Shown here piece by piece: positions 8,821 through 15,586 of a DNA stretch of 37,267 nucleotides (within the stretch, counting starts at the first letter, position 1; every line of letters begins with the position of its first letter). The DNA is taken from positions 1 to 37,267 of IMG/VR virus record IMGVR_UViG_3300048577_000041. The stretch is one strand, 5' to 3'. The translations under genes and the position numbers were made by a program. The notes beneath the pieces were generated by a model that was given only the letters and a program-made list of their open reading frames with translations, had not been told where the DNA came from and did no database searches. Source of the stretch: a virus. Its lineage: Duplodnaviria > Caudoviricetes.

Positions 8821-9408
8821 GTGTACATCACCCGCATCGTGCTGACCTCGAAGGGACAGCGCCAAGCCCGGGATATCCGGGCAATCCACCAGACCGTCGG
8901 GTACTTGACCGACGCGTCCACCGGCCGTGTCCTGTGGTGCCTACCGCGGCGTGACCTGCTCATCGTGCAGGCCGACCATCCGTGCGACGTGCGGCTCACG
9001 CCCGGTCTGGCGGTGTCGTCGGCGCATGCCGAGGTGTGCACCGACTGGGCGGCCGGGCAGCGGGTCCTCGTGTCCTTGATCGCCGTCCCGGAGGTGGCGG
9101 TCAGCAGGCCGGGCCGGCAGCGCAGCGTCCGTCGCCCGCTGACCGTCGATGACTGGCCGGGCTGGCTGGAACGCAGGCTCGCCGGCGCTCTCACACTGGA
9201 CGACATCCAGGTGGAGCCGATGGGGGCGCGGATCGGACGCAAGGCCGGGACGCGGATCATCGTCGACTGGGTCGGGTATGCCGCAGCCGGGACCGTCATG
9301 GACCCCGCAACCCTCGCAGCGCTCCAGCGTGACGGGGTCGGTCCGCACAAGGCATACGGTGCTGGGCTCCTGCTGGTCACCACCGACAGCAAAGCGCGGG
9401 CGGCATGA
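8821..9408 (+). CDS. cas6e: Cas6e/CasE-like CRISPR RNA-processing RAMP
   Basis: MYITRIVL start, early His (IHQTV), RVLW...LLIVQ, WLERR, and the C-terminal G-loop GVGPHKAYGAGLL typical of type I-E Cas6. Confidence 0.82.
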   Translation: MYITRIVLTSKGQRQARDIRAIHQTVGYLTDASTGRVLWCLPRRDLLIVQADHPCDVRLTPGLAVSSAHAEVCTDWAAGQRVLVSLIAVPEVAVSRPGRQRSVRRPLTVDDWPGWLERRLAGALTLDDIQVEPMGARIGRKAGTRIIVDWVGYAAAGTVMDPATLAALQRDGVGPHKAYGAGLLLVTTDSKARAA

Positions 9409-10109
9409 CCGCCCCCACCAGCCTCGTCTGGGACCTCGCCGGGAGGCCGGGGCCAGCCAAGCCGCTGGAAGACGTGCCAGGCTGGTGCGCCATCTCTGGC
9501 GAGTGGTGCGAGCGGACCGCCGACGTGACCAAGTCGCTCGGTTCGAACTTCACCGACCGCCGCTGCTTTGCTCGCGACGACTCGACGAGGGTAGGGCCGG
9601 GGGCGCTGTGGGCTTTGACCGGACGCGGCCTCCAGACCCTGCGCATGTGGACGATCATCGCCGGCGCCGACTCCGGCCCGTCCCACGAGAAGGCGTGGCT
9701 CGGAAGCCGTCCCGGTCTGACTCTGCTGAACCGGGCGAACCCGATGCCGGTCCACCGGCTGCTGTCCGACCCGCCCGAGACGGAATGGCTGCTGTCGGTG
9801 GCCGTCTCCGGCCAGAAGCACGTCCTGCCCTACGCCCAGGTCAACAGCGGGCGCTCATGGACGGTGCGGATGGAGACCACCGACATCACCGCCACCTCCG
9901 ACCAGTGGGCCCACGTCCACACCCACACCCTCGCGCTGCGCAGACTCGGCGTCCCTGCCGACGCCATCCCGCAGCGGGAGCCGCGCTACATCAAGACCAG
10001 CGAAGCGCTCGCTCAGTGGCGCGAGCACGACCTGGCTCTCACCGGCTGGCACACCAGCCCGCTACTCGACCTCGCACTGTGGACCATCACGAAGGAGACC
10101 ATGCAATGA
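9405..10109 (+). CDS. csf1: type IV Csf1 (Cas8-like large subunit)
   Basis: Position in the operon. Motifs C...G, SNFTD, LL.DPP...W...VA.SGQKHVLPYA.VN and LRRLGV resemble IV-B Csf1. Confidence 0.72.
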   Translation: MTAPTSLVWDLAGRPGPAKPLEDVPGWCAISGEWCERTADVTKSLGSNFTDRRCFARDDSTRVGPGALWALTGRGLQTLRMWTIIAGADSGPSHEKAWLGSRPGLTLLNRANPMPVHRLLSDPPETEWLLSVAVSGQKHVLPYAQVNSGRSWTVRMETTDITATSDQWAHVHTHTLALRRLGVPADAIPQREPRYIKTSEALAQWREHDLALTGWHTSPLLDLALWTITKETMQ

Positions 10110-10477
10110 CACCCGAGACCCTGGACAGGCTCACCATCGACCTGATCTTCGCGCTCCGCGACAGCCTCACCGACCTGTCCCCGATCGACTTCTGGTCGGG
10201 CCGGCTCAAGACGGCTCTCGACACGGCCGCCGCCGGCTCATCACGGGCCGGGGAGGCCCTGACCACCGCCGCACGCAAACTCCAGATCGACATCATCACC
10301 GCCAAGCCGGCCCCGGTAGCGGTCGCCACCTGCGCCGCGATCGATGCCGACTACCCGGCATGGGCATCCCACATCTCCCGGAACTCCACCTACATCGTCG
10401 CGCTCGCCTACGCCGAGCGCGACCTCCACTCCCGCGCCCGGAAGGACCCCAGCAATGACCAGCAGCCCACGTTCTGA
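10106..10477 (+). CDS. cas11: type IV-B small subunit (Cas11-like)
   Basis: 123-aa helical protein between csf1 and csf2. AAGGAG RBS, ATGA overlap, and FWSGRL...ARKLQI. Confidence 0.65.
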   Translation: MTPETLDRLTIDLIFALRDSLTDLSPIDFWSGRLKTALDTAAAGSSRAGEALTTAARKLQIDIITAKPAPVAVATCAAIDADYPAWASHISRNSTYIVALAYAERDLHSRARKDPSNDQQPTF

Positions 10478-11342
10478 CATCACCCCGGAGGCCACCGTGA
10501 CCATCACATACACCGCGACCCTGACCAGCCCGCTGCACCACGGAGCCGGAACCGCCGGCAACACCAGCCTGCTCCGCACCCAGGAGGTTGTGCAGCCCGA
10601 CGGGACGGTAGCTGCACTGCCGTTCCTGTCGGCCGCCTCGATCCGGCACGCGCTCCGCGACCGGATCGCGTGGCACATCGCCCGCATCCTCGACATCGAG
10701 CCGGGCAGTCTCACCAAGCAGGCGGTCGATCTGCTCTGGTCGGGCGGGGCGGTCACCTCGACCGGTGCTGAGACCGACCTCGACCTCTATCGCAGGGTGG
10801 ATGACCTGCTGCCGTCCCTGACCCTGTTCGGGTACGCAGCAAGGGCGGACATCACCGAGGGCATCCTGCGGGCGTCTGACGCCATCCTGGTGTGCGCCGA
10901 GAACAGCTTCCGGCTTCCTGCCGGGCTGCCGCAGCTCGACCAGCGGGCAGCCGTGTTCCGGGGGGAGGAGTTCGGCACCCGCCACGACGTGGCCGACTCC
11001 CCTGTCGCCCGACTGGTGCAGGCCGCCGACACCCTGATCGGCGCACCAAAGACGACCCAGATGATCTTCGACCTTCAGGTACTCAAGCCGGGCGCGGTGC
11101 TGCACGGCGACATCACCCTCACCCCTGCCGCCACCGGCCAGCACCGCATGGTCCTCGGCGCGGCTCTGGCCCTGTGGGCTCCCGACGGTGAGGCGATGCT
11201 CGGAGCGAAGACCGCGACCGGGTACGGCCGGGCCCGCATCGACGGCCTGCCCGACACCGCCGAGGACCTGGGACGCTGGACCGAGCACCTGCTCGCCCAC
11301 CGGGACAACATCCTCGCCCTGGTCGCCGAGGTAGCGGGATGA
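10455..11342 (+). CDS. csf2: type IV Csf2 (Cas7-like backbone RAMP)
   Basis: LTSPLHHGAGTAGNTSLLR, PFLSAASIRHALRD, LWSGG, P.LTLFG, QMIF..QVL.PG and G-loop GAKTATGYG. An alternative start is GTG 10497 after GGAGG. Confidence 0.88.
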   Translation: MTSSPRSDITPEATVTITYTATLTSPLHHGAGTAGNTSLLRTQEVVQPDGTVAALPFLSAASIRHALRDRIAWHIARILDIEPGSLTKQAVDLLWSGGAVTSTGAETDLDLYRRVDDLLPSLTLFGYAARADITEGILRASDAILVCAENSFRLPAGLPQLDQRAAVFRGEEFGTRHDVADSPVARLVQAADTLIGAPKTTQMIFDLQVLKPGAVLHGDITLTPAATGQHRMVLGAALALWAPDGEAMLGAKTATGYGRARIDGLPDTAEDLGRWTEHLLAHRDNILALVAEVAG

Positions 11343-11935
11343 GCACCCCGCTGCTGGTGACGGCCCGGCTCGACACCCCTAGTGTCGGGCTGGACCGCCA
11401 CCCCCTGATGCTGGACGGTCCCCTGTCATGGGCGTACGCGATGCACGCCCTCGCACACAACCTGCCGCTGGAGCGTGTCACCAAGCTGTACGCGCCGGAC
11501 CTGCCGCTGCCGCTGGACCGGTGGGAGCAGGACGGCACCTGGGGATGGTGCACATCCCGAGCCCGGTTCACGGTGGAGGCGTACACGGCCATCCAGATAC
11601 GCCGTAAGCCCGCCACCCAGGCGATGGCCCGCTACAGCCCCGACCGCAAGCACCATGCGGGGCTGGGCCCGATGAAAGCCCGCGACACCACACTCCAGGC
11701 TGCATGGATCCGCCGCATCGAATGGGACGTGCTCGCCACCGACCCGACCGAGCTTGCCGCGCTGCTGCAGCACATCACCCACATGGGCGAGCGGCACCGC
11801 AACGGACTCGGGCACGTCACGAAATGGACGATCGCGCCCTCGCACCAGCCGGACGCGTGGCGGGACCGGCCCATGCCCGGCGACGGGCAGCCGATGCGCG
11901 CCCCCTACTGGCATCCGTCACGGAGGGTCGCGTGA
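11339..11935 (+). CDS. csf3: type IV Csf3 (Cas5-like RAMP)
   Basis: PLLVTARL, LDGPLSWA, LPLDRW...W.W..S, ITHMG.RHRNGLGHV.KW and RAPYWH. Confidence 0.85.
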   Translation: MSTPLLVTARLDTPSVGLDRHPLMLDGPLSWAYAMHALAHNLPLERVTKLYAPDLPLPLDRWEQDGTWGWCTSRARFTVEAYTAIQIRRKPATQAMARYSPDRKHHAGLGPMKARDTTLQAAWIRRIEWDVLATDPTELAALLQHITHMGERHRNGLGHVTKWTIAPSHQPDAWRDRPMPGDGQPMRAPYWHPSRRVA

Positions 11936-12144
11936 GCATCGAGCAGGCGATCTGGGATTGGCTGCCCGCCCGCGCAGACCGGCGCCGCACCACCGTCCCC
12001 CCGGTGATCGCAGCGAACCTCGGCCTCGAACCGCGCGCCGTGGCCGAGGCGCTGCACCGCATGGAAGCGGGCGGGCACGCCTTCCAGTCCCGCCGCGGCT
12101 CGTGGCACCGCGGCATCCCACTCCCCAAGGAGGACACATGCTGA
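11932..12144 (+). CDS. small winged-helix DNA-binding protein
   Basis: GTGA overlap. IAANLGLEPRAVAEALHRMEAGG..FQSRRGSW fits a wHTH pattern. Confidence 0.6.
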   Translation: MSIEQAIWDWLPARADRRRTTVPPVIAANLGLEPRAVAEALHRMEAGGHAFQSRRGSWHRGIPLPKEDTC

Positions 12145-12881
12145 TCGACTCGCCCCGGCTCACCCCGGCCGACCGGCAGGCGTGGGCGGCACTCGAACGC
12201 TACGACACCGCCCTCGCCGCCCTGCCGTCCTGGCCAGCCAAAGAGCAGCACGCCCAGCAGGTCATCCGCGACTTCGCCGCCGGCGGACCTTGCTACGCCT
12301 CCACCTCGTGGGGCAAGGACTCCACCTGTATGGCCCACCTGGTCGCCACCAGCGGAGTGGTGCTGCCGGTGGTGTATGTGCGGATGCGGCGCTGGGAGAA
12401 CCCCGACTGCCTCACCGTCCGGGACCAGTTCCTCGACCGCTACGGCGACCAGGTCGACTACCACGAATACTGGGTCGACGGTGGTCCCCGCTGGTGGGAC
12501 GGCCCCGACCAGACGACCCTGAAGTCAGGCTCGCACGTCGGAAGCCAGTTCGCCGAGGCCGAGCGCCATCACGGCACCCGACACATCTCCGGCGTCCGAG
12601 GCGACGAGTCCCGGATGCGGCAGATGGCGATGGGGCGGTGGGGCGAAGCAGGCCCGTCAGCGTGCCGCCCGATCGGCCGCTGGAGAGCTACCGACGTGTA
12701 CGCCTACCTGCACCGCCACGACCTGCCCGTCCATTCCGCCTACGCCATGAGTTTCGGTGGCCACCTCGACCGGCAATGGCTCCGCGTCTCACCCATCGGC
12801 GGCATCACCCAGGCCCACAAGCAGCGCGCGGACTGGGAAGCGGCCTACTACCCAGACATCGTCCGACAGGAGCAGCCGTGA
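12138..12881 (+). CDS. cysH: CysH/PAPS-reductase-family protein of type IV-B locus
   Basis: AAGGAGG RBS. PP-loop STSWGKDS, ISGVRGDES..R and PIGRW...DVYAYL..HDLP. Location matches IV-B loci. Confidence 0.85.
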   Translation: MLIDSPRLTPADRQAWAALERYDTALAALPSWPAKEQHAQQVIRDFAAGGPCYASTSWGKDSTCMAHLVATSGVVLPVVYVRMRRWENPDCLTVRDQFLDRYGDQVDYHEYWVDGGPRWWDGPDQTTLKSGSHVGSQFAEAERHHGTRHISGVRGDESRMRQMAMGRWGEAGPSACRPIGRWRATDVYAYLHRHDLPVHSAYAMSFGGHLDRQWLRVSPIGGITQAHKQRADWEAAYYPDIVRQEQP

Positions 12882-13891
12882 CGGATTTCCTGGACCCCAA
12901 GCGGCGCGACCGGCTCAAGCGGTGGCTCGACACCCTGCCCGAACTGGCCGCGCTCGCCCAGGTGGTCGCCGACACCCTGCTGCCCCGCCGCGGCGGCCAC
13001 GGTGGCAGCCGCCCCCACCCCGGATCCAGACCGCCCGTGAGCCTCGGGCTGATCGACACCCTCGATGCCCGCCCGAAACGGCAAGGCCGCTACGCCGGGT
13101 CCGGGGCGGACACGATCGCCACCTCCGGCGACGACATGGCCGACGCGGTGCAGCTCGAGACATGGGCGGCCCGCCAGCAGGGCAAGGACACCCACAACGT
13201 GGACGGCAAGCCCCCCGCCTGGTCACGCGACACCGACGAGGTGCTGCGGCTGTCTGTCGACGCCAAAGGCGCCCGGGAGGGCATCCTGCGCAACCTGGGC
13301 GACTGGGTCCGGATCTGCGTCGAGGAGATGGACGAAGCCCTCGCCGCCCACACCGAACCGGCGGGCAAGCGGGACGTGTGGGTGGTCGACTCTCGTGGCG
13401 ACTGCTGGGCCGGGTTCGTGGAGACCGCCACCATCACCACCGAGGCTGGCTGGCTGTCGATGCACCTGGACTGGATCGCTCAGCAGCAATGGTCCGACGA
13501 GCTCGCCGAGGATGTCCACCGGATGCACCGCGACCTCAAGCGCATCATCGGCGAGGGCAGGCCCGAGTACCGGCCGCTGTGCACCGGCTGCTCCACCGAC
13601 ATCCGCCGCCAGCGGATGCGGGACGAGGGCGCCTACTTCACCTGCCCCAACTGCGGCCGGCAGGTACGCGACGGCCAGATGGACCACCGGCAGGCGCTCG
13701 CCACCGAGCAGCCGATGGACTCCCAGAGCTTCGGCTGGGCCGGAGTGTCCTCCGAGCGCATCCGCAAATGGGTGGAGCGCGGCGAACTGGGGCCCGCCCT
13801 GGATGAGCAGGGGCAGGTGATGAAGCGCGGCAAGCGTCATCTCTACCACCCGCTCGACGTGCTTAGGGTTCGCGACGAGATGGGCGCGTGA
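12878..13891 (+). CDS. putative late-gene regulator (zinc ribbon plus C-terminal HTH)
   Basis: CTGC...CPNCG and VSSERIRKWVERGEL...LY...DV. It is the last gene before the packaging module. Confidence 0.6.
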   Translation: MTDFLDPKRRDRLKRWLDTLPELAALAQVVADTLLPRRGGHGGSRPHPGSRPPVSLGLIDTLDARPKRQGRYAGSGADTIATSGDDMADAVQLETWAARQQGKDTHNVDGKPPAWSRDTDEVLRLSVDAKGAREGILRNLGDWVRICVEEMDEALAAHTEPAGKRDVWVVDSRGDCWAGFVETATITTEAGWLSMHLDWIAQQQWSDELAEDVHRMHRDLKRIIGEGRPEYRPLCTGCSTDIRRQRMRDEGAYFTCPNCGRQVRDGQMDHRQALATEQPMDSQSFGWAGVSSERIRKWVERGELGPALDEQGQVMKRGKRHLYHPLDVLRVRDEMGA

Positions 13892-13930
13892 CTTGTCCGG
13901 AACCTACAACAGATCGGCGGCGCCATGCCG

Positions 13931-13936
13931 TACACT
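13931..13936 (+). promoter_or_regulatory. possible -10 element (TACACT) of a late/ncRNA promoter
   Basis: TANNNT hexamer just downstream of the putative late regulator. No clear -35. Confidence 0.3.
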
Positions 13937-14124
13937 GACGGTGATGGTTGGTGGTTCTCCCCAACTGTGACAATCGGCACATGTGGCATGCCCAGAGTCC
14001 ACCCGTTGAGGCCAGTGGCTTCCGCCATTGAGCCCCGAATCAGCGGCCACCCCAAAAGTTCGGATACCCGTGAGGTCGTGGGCGCGGGAGAGCCTGACGG
14101 CAGCTCCGTCGAGATGATCGGGTA

Positions 14125-14153
14125 GCGGCTTTCGCGCTAGCGCGGGTGAGCCG
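14125..14153 (+). CRISPR. solitary or degenerate type I-E-like CRISPR repeat
   Basis: 29-nt GCGGCTTTCGCGCTAGCGCGGGTGAGCCG has a central palindrome and a 3' GTGAGCCG handle, like actinobacterial I-E repeats. A partial second copy GCGCGGGAGAGCCT lies at 14082-14095. Confidence 0.45.
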
Positions 14154-14172
14154 TCCGGGACTTGCGACCAAA

Positions 14173-14255
14173 GGTAGGCGTCCGGCAGGTCGAGGACATC
14201 GCCCCGAAAGCGACTGGCGGGCAACCGCTCCAGAGTTCGAGTCTCTGGCCTACCG
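14173..14255 (+). tRNA. tRNA-Ser(CGA)-like, atypical
   Basis: Acceptor GGTAGGC/GCCTACC plus G73. Anticodon arm TCGC-CCCGAAA-GCGA. Long variable arm GCGG-GCAA-CCGC. T arm CAGAG-TTCGAGT-CTCTG. It has C33 instead of U33 and no encoded CCA. Confidence 0.75.
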
Positions 14256-14299
14256 CATGAACACCCGACCCTCTCCCGCCCACCGCGCCGGCCCCAGGC

Positions 14300-14372
14300 T
14301 TGACGACATCTCATCGGGTAGAGCGGCTGCCTAGTAAGCAGCGGGTGCGGGGTTCGAGTCCTCGTCGGTCCT
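14300..14372 (+). tRNA. tRNA-Thr(AGT)-like, degenerate acceptor stem (possible pseudo-tRNA)
   Basis: D arm CTC-ATCGGGTA-GAG. Anticodon arm GCTGC-CTAGTAA-GCAGC. T arm CGGGG-TTCGAGT-CCTCG. The acceptor stem is only partly paired. Confidence 0.6.
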
Positions 14373-14478
14373 CCCCGTCCTCGCCGCTGCAGCTACCGCA
14401 CCACACACCACTCAGGGCCAACGGCCGGCCCACCATTGAGGACGGGCGGGATCGCCGGCGGCGAGGACAGGCAAAAGC

Positions 14479-14730
14479 TCAGCGGCGGCGGAACACCGGG
14501 TACGCCTGAGGATTCCCCTTCTGGTCGGTCGATCCGGCCCACTGGATCAACACCCACCCCTCACGCTCCACGGCCTCGATCATCGCCGACCAGTCCGGGA
14601 TCTCACCCGACAGGCCCATCGTGAACGTCGGCGTGTTCAGCAGCGCAGCGAAGATGTACTGGTCACCAGCGTGCGCGGCGCGAGCCTGAGCAGCCAGCTT
14701 GTCAGCCTTGGCGTTACGGACCATTCCCAT
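14479..14730 (-). CDS. hypothetical protein (reverse-strand moron-like gene)
   Basis: 83-aa ORF MGMVRNAKADKLAAQA...WSAMIEAVEREGWVL.QW...AYPVFRRR with protein-like composition. Confidence 0.6.
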   Translation of the reverse strand: MGMVRNAKADKLAAQARAAHAGDQYIFAALLNTPTFTMGLSGEIPDWSAMIEAVEREGWVLIQWAGSTDQKGNPQAYPVFRRR

Positions 14731-14764
14731 GCTCAGCAGCCTAGGGTCATGAAAGGCATGCGGG

Positions 14765-15028
14765 GTGGCGAAAGACGGATACGGGTGGGACCACAAGAAG
14801 ATGCGGGCCAACCTGGTCGAGCAGATGAACCGCGACGGACACCTCACCTGCTGGCGCTGCGGCGAACCCATCTACCCCGAGGGCGAATGGCACCTCGGCC
14901 ACGACGACCACGACCGCAGCATCCGCCATGGCCCCGAACACGCCCGCCAGTGCAACCTTCGAGCGGCCGGACTCAAGAGCGCAGGCAAACTCAGCCCCAT
15001 CAAAGCCAGCCGCAACTGGTGGAACTGA
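14765..15028 (+). CDS. HNH endonuclease (terminase-associated)
   Basis: YGWDH...CWRCGEPI...WHLGHDD...GPEHA..CN, located directly upstream of the terminase genes. Confidence 0.85.
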   Translation: MAKDGYGWDHKKMRANLVEQMNRDGHLTCWRCGEPIYPEGEWHLGHDDHDRSIRHGPEHARQCNLRAAGLKSAGKLSPIKASRNWWN

Positions 15029-15099
15029 TGAAATCTGTTGCGAAGGTCACCGGCAGGACATTCACTAAGGAAGCCTCCGAATCCGGCCCGGGCGAGCCC

Positions 15100-15200
15100 A
15101 TGTGGACGCATACCACCTAGCCAGAGCGGTTTTTTCAGGGGCGAGACGCCACAAAGACCGCTCTCGAAGTCCATCTCCCCCCGAGTTCGAGAAACCTCCG
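15100..15200. other. candidate cos / packaging-initiation region
   Basis: Intergenic gap between HNH and terS. Inverted repeat AGAGCGGT...ACCGCTCT flanks a T-run, followed by CTCCCCCC. The + strand changes from C-rich to G-rich here. Confidence 0.5.
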
Positions 15201-15214
15201 GAGAGCGGGGATTG

Positions 15215-15586
15215 ATGAACTCTGAGCCTGAGGGGTTGGCGGCTGGGGGGCTGGGGCTGTGGCAATCCAGGGCGTGGGAGGGCATGCCGGCTGATGCGTC
15301 GGCGATGCTGCTGGAGGCGTGCCGGGCGAAGGATCGGCTGGACAAGCTGGACGAACTGCTGCGGGGTGACATCGACTGCTGGGCGCGGCTGACGCACCGG
15401 ACGCTGACGGAGGACTACGAGCTGCGGATCGATGCGGCGCTGGTGGCGGCGAACGCCACGGCGGGTTTGATGTCGCGGATGCTCAACGCGATGCCTGCCA
15501 GGCCGAAGGCTGAGGCCGGGGACCGGGGAGGTGTGCTTGTCGACTTCCAAGCGCGTCTCGCTGACCGAGCTGGCGCAGGCCCCTAG
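15215..15586 (+). CDS. terminase small subunit
   Basis: Position, and G..LW....LLEACRAKDRLDKLD..LRG motif of actinophage TerS. Confidence 0.75.
   Translation: MNSEPEGLAAGGLGLWQSRAWEGMPADASAMLLEACRAKDRLDKLDELLRGDIDCWARLTHRTLTEDYELRIDAALVAANATAGLMSRMLNAMPARPKAEAGDRGGVLVDFQARLADRAGAGP

Noticed and set aside
9149-10105. Long N-terminal extension of the 9149..10477 ORF
   Set aside because: It overlaps cas6e and csf1. The real start is ATG 10106, which has an RBS.
12182-12877. N-terminal extension of the 569-aa ORF
   Set aside because: It overlaps cysH. A coupled GTG start at 12878 with an AGGAG RBS is more plausible.
13904-14624. Short ORFs across the ncRNA/tRNA region
   Set aside because: They have no clear RBS or protein-like features and overlap tRNA-like structures. 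The 13925..14125 ORF cannot be fully excluded.
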